Positions 17,686 to 27,563 of a DNA stretch of 64,000 nucleotides are shown one piece after another. Origin of the DNA: Chloroflexota bacterium (GTDB taxonomy: Bacteria; Chloroflexota; Limnocylindria; Limnocylindrales; CSP1-4); contig PLZO01000125.1 in NCBI GenBank assembly GCA_003152165.1, positions 1,346 to 65,345 on the forward strand, given 5' to 3'. Every line of letters begins with the position of its first letter. Positions within the stretch are counted from its first letter, which is position 1. A program made the position numbers and the translations under genes. A model generated the notes under the pieces. That model worked only from the letters and a program-made list of their open reading frames with translations. It made no database searches and was not told the origin of the DNA.

Positions 17686-20151
17686 ATGAGCGGGGGCTTC
17701 GAGGAGATCGTTCAGGCGCTTGACGACGGCGGGTGGCTGAAGGGCGAGGTTACCGGCAGGACCGAGATCCGTGCGCGGTGCCCGGCGCACAGCGGTTACG
17801 ACGAGAACCTCTCGGTGTTCACCGGGGCGGATGGCCGGAGTGCCGTCAAATGCCACAGCCATGGCTGCTCGACCGAAGCGATCCTCCGGGCGCTGGATTT
17901 GTGGCGCGAGCGTCGTCCGGCGCCAGCAGGAACCGTGCGCTACGAAGCCCGAACCGTCGCTGACCCGACCAAGGTCGTCGGCCATCACGTCGTTACGAAC
18001 CGTCCCGGATATGCCAAGAAGGTCCGCTGGGACCCGCCCGGCACCATCAAGCCGACCGAGCTTGCGCTGTACAAATCGTGGGACCTGAAGCCGACCGACA
18101 CGGTCGTCGTCTGCGAGGGTGAGCGGGCCACCGAAGCCGTCATTGCGGCTGGCTTTCCCGCCGTGGGAACGCAGACCGGCGCGGGATACCAGCCGTCTGA
18201 CGCTGCCCGTGCGATCCTGAAGGGCCGCGATGTCGTGCTCTGGGCTGACAACGACGCCGGTGGTCGCACCCACATGGAGAAGATCGCCGAGCAGCTCGGC
18301 CCGTGCCGGATCGTCGACGTCTCCGATGCCCCTGACAAATGGGATGCGGGCGATGCGTCGGATGGTGATATTCGGCGGTCGGTTCGAGCGGCTCAGGCGT
18401 ATGTGGTCACGGCCCCGACCAAGGCAGCCACGAAGGAATCGGCAGCGACCCGGCTGGTCAACCTGGCTCACGCCGCGGGCGTAGAGCTCTTCCGTGATCA
18501 GGATGGCATCCCGTATCTCGCTCACCGCCATGCGGTCATGCCGTTTCCCGGCGGCGAGGTCGGGAAGTGGCTCCGGCAGCTCTGGTGGGAGGCCGAACGC
18601 AAAGCCCTGAGCTCAGATGCCATCAAGGAGGCAGCCTCGACCCTCGAAGTCGAAGCGCTCTTCGGCAGCGTCGTCGATGGCGTGTATCTGCGCGTTGCGC
18701 CGATTGCTGACGGCATCGCCCTCGATCTTGGCACGCCGGACTTCACGGCGGCGGTCATTCGCCCATCCGGCTGGACAGTTGAAGAACACCCAGTCCGATT
18801 CCGCCGGCCGAGAACGATGGGCCCGTTACCCGTGCCGATTCGCGGCGGGCAGCTGCCGGACCTGACAAGGCTCATGAATCTCGGTGATGACCGGCAGACC
18901 AAGCTGATGATCGGCTTCCTGATCGGGTCTCTGTGCCCCACTGGGCCGTATGCCCTGTTGGGCCTGACCGGCGAGCAGGGGTCGGCGAAATCGTTCACCG
19001 CGCGGCTGGCCCGGCGGACGATCGACCCGGTTGTCGACGGCAACGGGCTCAAGAGCCTCACGAAATCCGATGAGTCCTTCTGGACCGTGTGCTACCACAG
19101 CCGGCTGCCGGCATTCGACAACATCAGCGGGCTGAGCGCCGAGCAGTCCGATCGGTTTGCCCAGCTCGCCACCGGAGCCGGCCGAACGGCCAGAAAGCTG
19201 TTCTCCGACGGCGATGAATTCACCCAATCGGCCTGTCGGCCCGCGATCCTCAATGGGATCGAGCTGGCCGAGCGGCCGGATCTCCTGAGCCGGACGATCA
19301 CCCTGAACCTGCCCCAGATCGAGGGTGGCTGGACCGTTGAGACACACTTGACCGCCGAATTTGACGCCAAGCACCCCGCCCTGCTGGGGGCATTGCTCGA
19401 TGTCATGGTCGGCGTGGTCGGTCGCATCGATTCCCTGCCGATGACCGGCTGGAAAGCCCGCATGCCCGACCACATTCGCTGGGTCTCGGCCGGCGAACCC
19501 GCGCTCGGCTGGGTCGACGGATCGTACGAAACGCTGTTCGCCGAGGCTCAGGATCAACTGATGGCCGATGCTGCCGAGGGCATCGTCTGGCTGGCTGACC
19601 TCCACAGCCTGATCCAGAACGGGTCGGGAAATTGGTCCGGCACGGCCGGCGACCTGCTCAGGCAGCTCAACGACAGCGCGACCGGCTCCGGGGCCACGAA
19701 GCTGCCCGATCGCGGGTACGGCTGGCCCAAGTCCGGCAAGGGGATGAGCGATGCGCTCAACCGCTACGCACCCGTGCTGCGCATGGCCGGGATCGTTCAT
19801 CGGGCCACCCCCGACCCACACACAAAGCAGCAGATCCACGACCTGTCCTACAACCCGGCCGGCCCGCACGCATGGATCGTGAGTCCTGCGGGTGTTGCGG
19901 GTGTTGCGGGTGTGAATTCCTCTTCTGTAATAGATGGAGGAGAGGAGGCCAAGCCGGCCGAGGCGCAGGCCACGGCCTCGCCGATCGCGAACCCCTCGCA
20001 TAAGGAAACAACACCCGCAACACCCGCAACACCCGCAACTCCGGCCACCGATCTTGATTCGGTCGTGGACGCTCGCCACGGTCCGCGAGTCTTCGATCTA
20101 ACCCCAGAGAGTGACGCCCAAGAGGCTACGGAGGTGCTCGTGCCCGTCTAG
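17686..20151 (+). CDS. DNA primase (zf-CHC2 zinc finger + Toprim) with C-terminal extension, mobile-element type
   Basis: CPAHSGYDENLSVF...KCHSHGCS matches the DnaG-type CHC2 zinc finger. VVVCEGERATEAVIAAGFPAVG...VVLWADNDAGG is a Toprim domain. The C-terminus contains PAGVAGVAGV and TPATPATPATPAT repeats. Confidence 0.8.
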   Translation: MSGGFEEIVQALDDGGWLKGEVTGRTEIRARCPAHSGYDENLSVFTGADGRSAVKCHSHGCSTEAILRALDLWRERRPAPAGTVRYEARTVADPTKVVGHHVVTNRPGYAKKVRWDPPGTIKPTELALYKSWDLKPTDTVVVCEGERATEAVIAAGFPAVGTQTGAGYQPSDAARAILKGRDVVLWADNDAGGRTHMEKIAEQLGPCRIVDVSDAPDKWDAGDASDGDIRRSVRAAQAYVVTAPTKAATKESAATRLVNLAHAAGVELFRDQDGIPYLAHRHAVMPFPGGEVGKWLRQLWWEAERKALSSDAIKEAASTLEVEALFGSVVDGVYLRVAPIADGIALDLGTPDFTAAVIRPSGWTVEEHPVRFRRPRTMGPLPVPIRGGQLPDLTRLMNLGDDRQTKLMIGFLIGSLCPTGPYALLGLTGEQGSAKSFTARLARRTIDPVVDGNGLKSLTKSDESFWTVCYHSRLPAFDNISGLSAEQSDRFAQLATGAGRTARKLFSDGDEFTQSACRPAILNGIELAERPDLLSRTITLNLPQIEGGWTVETHLTAEFDAKHPALLGALLDVMVGVVGRIDSLPMTGWKARMPDHIRWVSAGEPALGWVDGSYETLFAEAQDQLMADAAEGIVWLADLHSLIQNGSGNWSGTAGDLLRQLNDSATGSGATKLPDRGYGWPKSGKGMSDALNRYAPVLRMAGIVHRATPDPHTKQQIHDLSYNPAGPHAWIVSPAGVAGVAGVNSSSVIDGGEEAKPAEAQATASPIANPSHKETTPATPATPATPATDLDSVVDARHGPRVFDLTPESDAQEATEVLVPV
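19888..20036. repeat. inverted arrays of a 9-bp unit (GCGGGTGTT x3 / AACACCCGC x3) separated by 95 bp, inside the primase 3' coding region
   Basis: Read directly: 19888-19914 gcgggtgttgcgggtgttgcgggtgtg and 20010-20036 aacacccgcaacacccgcaacacccgc, exact reverse complements. Confidence 0.8.
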
Positions 20152-20311
20152 CAACAGGACCGCGACAGCATTCAAGAAGGAAACAGACAAGAAACGGAGA
20201 ATCTGAGATGAACCTGGCAATGAAGAAATCGACGGCCAAACGTGGGAGCGCCGTGAAGTCGATCAACAGGCTTCGGCTCAGACCGAAACTCTGGCCGAGC
20301 GGCGGGCACGA

Positions 20312-20377
20312 TGACCCATCTGAGTCTCGGGTGACCCATCTGAGTCTCGGGTGACCCATCTGAGTCTCGGGTGATCC
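20312..20377. repeat. 3.3 tandem copies of a 20-bp direct repeat (TGACCCATCTGAGTCTCGGG), iteron-like, beside an AT-rich stretch
   Basis: Read directly. Copies start at 20312, 20332 and 20352, with a partial fourth copy (tgatcc). They are followed by aaaacgaaaaaaagctacaaaggaagaaagctatgaatagggattttgcttaatctgaaagaag. Confidence 0.85.
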
Positions 20378-20557
20378 AAGCAAAACGAAAAAAAGCTACA
20401 AAGGAAGAAAGCTATGAATAGGGATTTTGCTTAATCTGAAAGAAGAGTTGGTTGATTCGGAATCGAGTCGGTAACGGCACGTGTCGAACAGGAAGACTGG
20501 AGATAGTAGTGACTGTGGTTTAATTGACCACGGGCAGATCGTTAAGAAGGAGACTCG

Positions 20558-20884
20558 GTGGCGAGAATCAAGACCGTCGAACTGGTATCCCTCATTCCAG
20601 AGAAGAAGGAACGCAAGCTGTCGGCCCGGCAGATTGCGTTGATGAAACGTGAATCCGAGTATGAAAAGGCGATCAACAAGCTAGTAAAGGGGAATGCGCT
20701 GGCATTCGAGCCAACGGAGGAGAAGCTCCCGACCCTCCGGGCATCGTTGCACCGGGTCATCGCCCGCAACGAACGAGCCGACCAGCTCCAGTTCGCCATC
20801 CTGGGCGGGATCGCCTACGTCGCCCTTGAGCCGATCCCAGGGGCCAGGGGGGCAAGGCGGAAGAAGCTGAGGCTACAAACCTGA
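20558..20884 (+). CDS. hypothetical protein (lysine-rich, AT-richer codon usage)
   Basis: RBS aagaaggag precedes the GTG start. The product MARIKTVELVSLIPEKKERKL... differs in composition from the surrounding genes. Confidence 0.5.
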   Translation: MARIKTVELVSLIPEKKERKLSARQIALMKRESEYEKAINKLVKGNALAFEPTEEKLPTLRASLHRVIARNERADQLQFAILGGIAYVALEPIPGARGARRKKLRLQT

Positions 20885-21207
20885 ATTGCGCTGCGAGCGC
20901 CGCCACGTTGACGTAACAAAGCCGATCTGGACGGCGTACCGTCCGCAATGCGCCACCACGACGGCCTGCGATGAAGCCCGTGCTGGCCGCTGGGCCGGCC
21001 GGGTGATGCGCAGAAACACAGGGAGGACGCGGTGGATGTAGGCTCGGTGCTCCTGTTCTGGGTTGTCTTCTCGGTCGTCGTCGCGGGCGCCCACCTCTTC
21101 GCCGCCCGTGCTGCCCCCCCGGTATCGAGTAGTCGAGGCGTCGATGACCAGACCCGGAGACCACAGAGTGTGAGCCGGTCGAGCGCACCTTCATCGGCCT
21201 CGAGCGC

Positions 21208-22500
21208 TCACCGAGGGTCGTTCGGTGAGTTGGACAGCGACATGGCCTCAACCCCGCTGTGGCCAGCCTGCTTGGCGCGGTAGAGCGCGGCGTCCGCCGT
21301 ACGCAGGACCTCGTCTTCATCGTGAGCCGCGCTTCGTCCGAGCAGGGCGATGCCGGCGCTGATCGTGAGGACCTGAGGCCCGCTCGGCGTCGGATAGTGC
21401 AGCCGGAGCTCCTCGATCGCACATCGGCTCCGCTCGGCGGCCCGCGCGGCCCCCTCGAGGGGCTGCTCGGGCATGAGGACGACGAACTCGTCGCCCCCGA
21501 AGCGGCAGACGGTGTCGGTCGCGCGCACGCTCGCCGCCAGGACTGCCGCGACGGCCCGGAGGGCAGCGTCGCCGGCGACATGTCCGAGTGAGTCGTTGTA
21601 GGCCTTGAAGCCATCGAGGTCGAGCAGCGCGATCGCGCAGTCGTTGCCGTAGCGGGTCGCCCGGGCTGCCGCCGCAGTGAGCTCCTCGTCCAGCCGCCGC
21701 CGGTTGCCGAGGCCAGTCAGGGGATCCGTTCGCGTCACCCGAGCCAGCTCGCCGTTGAGGCGCTCCAGCTCCGCCTCGCGAGCGACCGTCCGGGCGTGTG
21801 CGCGACGCGCCTCCATCTGGAGCCCGAACGCCCTCCTTCGCACGCTCGAGGCACCGACGCAGCCAACGAGACTCGCAAGGCCGGAGATGACCAGGACGAG
21901 CCAGGCGCCGAACCAATCAGCGGCCGGCACGGCGGCACGAGCGGAGGCCACCGTGAAGATGGCGAGCACCGGTGCTCCTGCCAGCAGCCAGCCCGCCTGG
22001 ACCGTGACGCTCCAGGGCAGGAACAGAGCGACCGCCGGTGGGAGCAGCGCGAGGAGCATCAGCGACGGCGTCCGGATCTCGGGGACGAAGACGAACAGGC
22101 AGAACATCGTCACGGTGGTCGAAAAAGCAAGCGCGAATGCGAGCGGGAGCGGCGGCAGCCGCCAGCCCCCGAGGGCGAGGACAGTCGCGCCGAGGCCGAT
22201 TACGCTCCCGATCCCAAAGATCACAAACAGCTGGAACTGCCGCTCCGGGAGCAGGAGCATCATGCCAATGGCGATGAGTGGCGTGAGGGCGGCCAACGTG
22301 ATCCCGGCGAGCACGGTCGCCGCCCGGAGCGCCCGGCGTGTCGTGGCCCGGAACAGCGATTGCTCGCGGACCGTGAGCGACCGGTCGGCCGGCTCAGGTT
22401 CGGCCCGCCGCTCCTGCGCCGATGGCAACCCAAGCGCGGTTTGCACCAGCCGGGCGAGGTCGCGTGCTCGTGAGCTTCTGGCTTGGACCGTTCGGGTCAT
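21208..22500 (-). CDS. membrane-bound diguanylate cyclase (GGDEF domain)
   Basis: A multi-TM N-terminus is followed by RFGGDEFVVLM and LDLDGFKAYND motifs. Confidence 0.85.
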   Translation of the reverse strand: MTRTVQARSSRARDLARLVQTALGLPSAQERRAEPEPADRSLTVREQSLFRATTRRALRAATVLAGITLAALTPLIAIGMMLLLPERQFQLFVIFGIGSVIGLGATVLALGGWRLPPLPLAFALAFSTTVTMFCLFVFVPEIRTPSLMLLALLPPAVALFLPWSVTVQAGWLLAGAPVLAIFTVASARAAVPAADWFGAWLVLVISGLASLVGCVGASSVRRRAFGLQMEARRAHARTVAREAELERLNGELARVTRTDPLTGLGNRRRLDEELTAAAARATRYGNDCAIALLDLDGFKAYNDSLGHVAGDAALRAVAAVLAASVRATDTVCRFGGDEFVVLMPEQPLEGAARAAERSRCAIEELRLHYPTPSGPQVLTISAGIALLGRSAAHDEDEVLRTADAALYRAKQAGHSGVEAMSLSNSPNDPR

Positions 22501-25500
22501 CCTGGAGGCGCTGACGGGCGAGGACTACCGCCGCGCAGCCTGCTCATCGGCCTCGAGGACCCCGAGATGCCCCGTGCCGGGGAGACCTTTGGGCTCGAGC
22601 GCCCGTTCGCTCGCCGACCGGCTGGCGGACGGTTGTTGCCGGCCCGGGTCGCCCGGTTTCCGGAGGCAATGGGGAGCGGCTCCGGTCGCCCGAGCAGATA
22701 CCCCTGGCCGAACGAGACGCCGAGTTCGCGCAGCATCTCGAGCTCGGCGGGGTCCTCGATCCCCTCGGCGATGACCTGGCAGCCGGCCCGTACCGCGAAA
22801 TGACTCAAGCCGGCGATCATTGCCTGGCGGGTCAGGTCTCGATCCACGTGACGCACGAGGCTGATGTCGAGCTTGAGGAAGCGCGGCGCGAGTTCGACGA
22901 TGTGGCGAAGGCTTGCGAAGCCAGAGCCCGCGTCGTCGACGGCCAAGCTGACCGTGGGCCCGAACCCGGCGACCGCCCTGCGAAGCGCCGCGTAATCGTC
23001 GATCTCGGCGTGCTCGGTGACCTCGATCACGAACCGGCGCGACCGATCGCGCAGCAGCCCGGCAAGTTCGCTCGGGTGAAGGATCACCTCTGGCGAGGCA
23101 TTCAGGCTGAGCCAGCGGTCGGGCGCCAGCGTTTCGGACGCCTCGAGCGCGGCCGCGAGACAGGCGATCTCAAGTTCGAGACCCAAACTCACCGAGTGCG
23201 CCTCGGCGATCATCTGATCGGGCGGCGTGCCATCGGCGAAGCGGGTGAGCGCCTCGTAGCCGACGGGCTCGGCCGAGGCGAGCGCCACGATCGGCTGGAA
23301 GACCGGACTGAGACCGCCCTCCGCCAGGGCACGCCGGACGTGCTCCCGAGCCCGAGCGTCCCGGTAACCCCGTTCGAGCTGGCCGCTGAGCAGCGCATTC
23401 GCGCTCGCCGCAAACTCGCCGACGGCCGGGAGGTGGTCGATCAGATGGCGGACGTACGCTTCGTCGCGCGTCCCCACGGCGACAACACCGAGCAGGCCGT
23501 CACCGTTGCGGATCGGGGCGAAGGCGCTCGCCCGGAGGCCAAGCCCGGCGATCTGTCGACCGTATTGACCGTCCTCGGGTCGTGTACGCCACGCCTCGGC
23601 CCAGGGACCCTGCGCAGCGCGCTCGTACAGGTACCTGGCGCGCGCGGCGGGCAAGGGTCGACCGGGGACCAGCGGCTCGTTCGCGGGGCCGGCTGAGGCG
23701 AGGACGAAGGCATGCTCGGGGTCGAGGAAGGTGAAGATCGCCACGAGGTCGATGCTAGGCAGGCCAAGAACCTCGCCGCAGATGAGCGCGGCTGTCGCCT
23801 CGGCGTTGGGGCCGGGCTGGAGGCGGGCGAGGGCCGCGGCCACCTCGGCGCGTTCGCGGAACCCGCGGGCGAGCCCGAACTCCGCAGCGCGGAGCGCCGT
23901 GACGTCGCGCTTGACGGCCACGTACCCGGTGGTCTCGCCGCCCGGGCCGCCGCGGAGCGGGGAGATCGTCGCCTCTTCCTCGTAGAGGGAGCCGTCCTTG
24001 CGCCGGTTGATCAGCGTCCCGGTCCAGCTCTGGCCGCGCGTCAGACGGCGCCACAGCGCCCGATAGAAGGCCGCCGACTGGCGGCCGCTCTGGAGGATCC
24101 GCGGGTTCGCCCCGATGACTTCGTCACGACGGTAGCCGGACACCCGCTCGAAGGCCGGGTTGACGTATTCGATCGTGCCCGCGAGGTCGGCGATGATCAC
24201 CGAGTCGGACGTCTGCTCGACGGCCGCGACGAGTCGCTCACGCTCGATTGCGAGGGCACGCTCGTCGGTCACGTCGCGCTCGACGGCCACGAATCCCGTG
24301 ACGGTGCCGTCGGCGTCGCGGACCGGCGAGATCGAGGCCTCCGCGACGCGCTCCGTCCCGTCACCGCGGCGGTGGACGAGGTCGCCGACCCACGACTCAC
24401 CGGCCGATACCGTTCGCCGCATCGCCTCGGAGGTCGCCTTTGACTGCGGGCTCCCGAGGACGCTGGTCCTGCCGCCGACCAATTCATCGAGCCGGAAGCC
24501 ACTCAACCGCTCGAATGCCGGGTTGACGTACTCGATCTCGGCCGTCGGGCCAGTGATCAGGATCGCCTCGCTCGTCTGGCCGATCGCCTGGGCGAGCTTG
24601 CGATCCTGGACCTCGATCCGGCGGAGCTCGGTGACGTCGCTGAAGAAGCCGATGTTGCAGGCCACCCCGTCCACGACGGCCGCCGATCCCCTGACGTCGG
24701 CCAGCAGGATCGTGCCGTCCTTGCGCTGGCAGGGAACCGACCTCGCCATGGTGGTTCGACCGTCGGCGATGGCCTGGAACCGGTCCAGGACCGTCGGCAG
24801 GTCCGCCGGTGGATGGATGTCGTGGACCGTCAGCCCGACGAGCTCGTCTCGGGTGTAGCCGAGCAGCGCGCAGGCAGCCTGGTTCACCCAGCGGAGGCGC
24901 CCCGTCGCCAGATCGGCGATGAGGATGGCTTCGGCGGTGCCCTCGAAGATCGCCGCGTAGCGGAGCTCGGACGCGATGAGCGCGTCCTGCGCCTCCCGCT
25001 GCTCGGTGATGTCCTGGACGGTGCCGACCATCCGGACCGGAGCGCCATGCTCGTCGTGGACGAGCTCGGCCTCATCATGGATGATCCGGACGGTGCCGTC
25101 GGGTCGGACGGCCCGGTAGTCGAGGGCATACTGGCCGCTGCCCGTGATCGCCGCCCGCTCGGACGCCTGGACTCGGGCCCGATCGTCAGGATGAACGAAC
25201 GCGAGGAACACCTCGGTCGTCCCGGGGATCGTGCCGGGCTCGACCCCGTAGATCCTGTGCAGCTCCTCGGAGCGCTGGGCGGTCTCGGTCGCGAGGTCCC
25301 ACTCCCAGCTGCCGATGTGGGAGATCCGCTGCGCTTCGGCGAGGTTGCGCTCGCTTCGGCGGAGTCCCTCTACGAGCCGCGCCCGCTCTCTCTCTGTCGC
25401 AACCTGCTCGGTGATGTCGGCGATCGTGCCGAGCATCCGCAGCGGTCGCCCGGACCTGTCGAGCTCCAGCGCGCCGCGCCCGTGGACCCAGCGTTCCGCG

Positions 25501-25868
25501 CCCGTGTCGGCACGGACGATCCGGTATTGGCGGTCGAACGGCAGGGCGCGACCGAGCACCTCGTCGGCGAAGTAGGCGACCATCGCCTCGCGGTCGGCCG
25601 GATGAATGAGCGAGGTCCAGCCCCCTACGGACCGATCGAACCCAGCATCGATCCCGTAGATCGCGTCCAGGCGCTTCGAGCTCACCCAGCGTCCCGAGGA
25701 GATGTCGAGCGAATACGAACCGATCCGTGCGACCGACTCCACCTCGTCGAGCAGGCGGTCGGCCGACGAAGGGCCCCGGCGTGACGCCCTCGCGGATGCC
25801 GGGGTCGCACGCGATGCCCCGAGGCGTGGCTGGCTGTTGTTGGTAGGTCTGGTCTTGACTTGTGTCAT
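22497..25868 (-). CDS. multi-PAS / GAF / EAL-domain c-di-GMP phosphodiesterase
   Basis: Several PAS repeats, a GAF-like block, and a C-terminal EAL domain (GYEALTRF, DDAGSGFASL, KLDISLV). 4-nt overlap with the downstream GGDEF gene. Confidence 0.85.
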   Translation of the reverse strand: MTQVKTRPTNNSQPRLGASRATPASARASRRGPSSADRLLDEVESVARIGSYSLDISSGRWVSSKRLDAIYGIDAGFDRSVGGWTSLIHPADREAMVAYFADEVLGRALPFDRQYRIVRADTGAERWVHGRGALELDRSGRPLRMLGTIADITEQVATERERARLVEGLRRSERNLAEAQRISHIGSWEWDLATETAQRSEELHRIYGVEPGTIPGTTEVFLAFVHPDDRARVQASERAAITGSGQYALDYRAVRPDGTVRIIHDEAELVHDEHGAPVRMVGTVQDITEQREAQDALIASELRYAAIFEGTAEAILIADLATGRLRWVNQAACALLGYTRDELVGLTVHDIHPPADLPTVLDRFQAIADGRTTMARSVPCQRKDGTILLADVRGSAAVVDGVACNIGFFSDVTELRRIEVQDRKLAQAIGQTSEAILITGPTAEIEYVNPAFERLSGFRLDELVGGRTSVLGSPQSKATSEAMRRTVSAGESWVGDLVHRRGDGTERVAEASISPVRDADGTVTGFVAVERDVTDERALAIERERLVAAVEQTSDSVIIADLAGTIEYVNPAFERVSGYRRDEVIGANPRILQSGRQSAAFYRALWRRLTRGQSWTGTLINRRKDGSLYEEEATISPLRGGPGGETTGYVAVKRDVTALRAAEFGLARGFRERAEVAAALARLQPGPNAEATAALICGEVLGLPSIDLVAIFTFLDPEHAFVLASAGPANEPLVPGRPLPAARARYLYERAAQGPWAEAWRTRPEDGQYGRQIAGLGLRASAFAPIRNGDGLLGVVAVGTRDEAYVRHLIDHLPAVGEFAASANALLSGQLERGYRDARAREHVRRALAEGGLSPVFQPIVALASAEPVGYEALTRFADGTPPDQMIAEAHSVSLGLELEIACLAAALEASETLAPDRWLSLNASPEVILHPSELAGLLRDRSRRFVIEVTEHAEIDDYAALRRAVAGFGPTVSLAVDDAGSGFASLRHIVELAPRFLKLDISLVRHVDRDLTRQAMIAGLSHFAVRAGCQVIAEGIEDPAELEMLRELGVSFGQGYLLGRPEPLPIASGNRATRAGNNRPPAGRRANGRSSPKVSPARGISGSSRPMSRLRGGSPRPSAPPG

Positions 25869-26520
25869 CGCAGTCCTCGGTTCCGCTCATCACGGCCCGA
25901 CGATCACGCGCAGGACCGAGCGGTGCATGGCGGCACCGGATCGAGCATGAATCCAATATCGGCCCACAACAACTGGACGGATGGTTCGGCTGAAGCCGCC
26001 GATGGTCACAGCCGCGTCGGCCCGGCATTGGTCTTGATGTTGGGGCGTTGGCTGGCGAGGAACGATTCGCGAGCTTCGATCTCCTGATCCAGAGTTAGTA
26101 CCGCGCCCGTTCTGACCCCATCTTTCACGCTCCAACGGGTCCCTTGGTCTACATGGATTACCCCCAAGATCGTTGGGCTTGGGGGTAGCGGTGGGGGTAT
26201 TTCTGAGGCAACTCGGGGTCACAGAATCGCTTGGCGCCGGCATCGGCGAAACCCGAAATCAGAAATGCCAGCCAGTCCTAAAAGGCCACTCAGCCCGTCA
26301 GGGCGAATTTGCCCGGCAATGCTAGGAATCGTCGCCCTCGAGGCGATCGCGGGCGCCGGCGACCGCGCAGGACGAGGAAGATTGAGGCGGGTTGAGCAAG
26401 CACTCGATCCCAAGCTCACGGGTCGAGCTGGACGAAGATCGGCACTCCTATGCTTGCTCGCAAATACGCCGGCGATTGCGCCGGCTAATGTCAACCTATC
26501 GATCGCTGGAGGAGCTTCAA

Positions 26521-26847
26521 ATGGCAGCGTTCAAGACGATCAAAGTCGGCAAACCGCTCAATCTCGATGACCTCAAGAAGAAGTCTACCCCGCGCGGCCA
26601 TCGTGCCAATCCGCGGGACGAGGACCTCCTCCGGCTCGTCAACGAAGTGAGCGTGGGGGCCGCATCGCAGGTGCTGCCGTGGCATTACGACGGCAAGGCC
26701 GCGACAGCTCGCGCAGCCGCGACCAAGGTGATCAAGTCCTCTGAAGCGAAGGTCTACGTCAGTAGCCGGCCGGATATGCCGGGTGTGCTGTTGTTCAGCC
26801 GCGTCCCGCTCACGGGCCGGCAGGGCAAGAACAAGATCCACGGCTGA
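26521..26847 (+). CDS. hypothetical protein
   Basis: RBS tggaggag precedes the ATG (MAAFKTIKVGKPLNLDDLKKK...). The longer ORF-track version has an implausible N-terminus. Confidence 0.45.
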   Translation: MAAFKTIKVGKPLNLDDLKKKSTPRGHRANPRDEDLLRLVNEVSVGAASQVLPWHYDGKAATARAAATKVIKSSEAKVYVSSRPDMPGVLLFSRVPLTGRQGKNKIHG

Positions 26848-27006
26848 GGCCACCTCGATGCCGGCCGGGGGCGGCTACTTCTGCGTTCCGCCCGCTAGCC
26901 ACTCGACGACTTGCCCTCATCGTCGATCGAGCGCAGACTCCCGGGCCCGGCAAAGTTGGCAGCAATGCCCGCCCAGGGCGTCGGCAATACCAGCATCGGG
27001 GCTTGA

Positions 27007-27288
27007 GTGTCCTCTCCGAACCTCCTGTCCAATGGCACGGCCAACCGAGCCGACATTGCATACGCGGCTCATCGCGATGACCTCACGAGCCGGTTGAGCA
27101 GGGAGACCAGGATTCGCCCGGAAAGCGTCGAGCATTTCGTCAGCGCATGGGAGGCGGAAGCGGCCCAACGAGGTCTGGATCGGCTGACCGCTGGATGGTG
27201 GGAGCCGGCGTGGGATTGGATCGTGAACCATCGCTGGATGGCGACCCGGAGCCCGCAAGCCATGACCGACCCGCCGGATCGTCCGTAA
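27007..27288 (+). CDS. hypothetical protein
   Basis: Trp-rich, protein-like composition. It competes with overlapping minus-strand ORFs. Confidence 0.3.
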   Translation: MSSPNLLSNGTANRADIAYAAHRDDLTSRLSRETRIRPESVEHFVSAWEAEAAQRGLDRLTAGWWEPAWDWIVNHRWMATRSPQAMTDPPDRP

Positions 27289-27563
27289 CGATGGCCAACA
27301 CCAACCAGAGAGCCGGGGTGATGATTGCGGTCACCGCCGACGACGATCGCTACTAGCCTGCTCGGCGCAAAGCGATGGACCTGGCAAGGGTCAGCGGACA
27401 GGCCCTCATCCTGTACGACTGGGACGCTCCGACCCTGTTCGAGCTGCACCCAGATGCACGATTTCAGGACGGAGCCCGGTCACGACTCCTCGGCCCGCTC
27501 GAGCTGAGTGTCGCCGCATGAAGGCGCACCGAGCTCGATGCCGTCCAATGTTCTGGAGGAACA

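Larger units (their letters stand above)
13895..20884. mobile_element. putative integrative element inserted at tRNA-Arg (serine recombinase, primase, iteron-like origin)
   Basis: Recombinase abuts the tRNA and is followed by a primase gene, iteron-like repeats, and an AT-rich, lysine-rich foreign-looking ORF. The right boundary is not defined, and serine recombinases leave no long direct repeats. Confidence 0.4.

Noticed and set aside
17365-20079. 388-aa and 417-aa minus ORFs antisense to the primase
   Set aside because: They are spurious. The second one contains CGCCGCCGCC strings that are merely the reverse complement of the primase repeat arrays.
20208-20369. 53-codon ORF (MNLAMKKSTAKRGSAVKSINRLRLRPKLWPSGGHDDPSESRVTHLSLG) with RBS overlapping the 20-bp repeats
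   Set aside because: It is possible, but the repeat period (20 bp) is not a multiple of three. Each repeat copy would be read in a different frame, so a DNA-level function seems more likely. It is mentioned under the origin finding.
20312-20377. CRISPR array?
   Set aside because: Only 3.3 directly abutting 20-bp repeats, with no spacers and no cas genes. This reads as iteron-type tandem repeats, not CRISPR.
26157-26186. Perfect 9-bp-stem hairpin acccccaag-atcgttggg-cttgggggt in the 650-bp divergent intergenic region
   Set aside because: It has no following U-tract and no recognisable riboswitch features. It could be an operator or terminator, but nothing supports a call.
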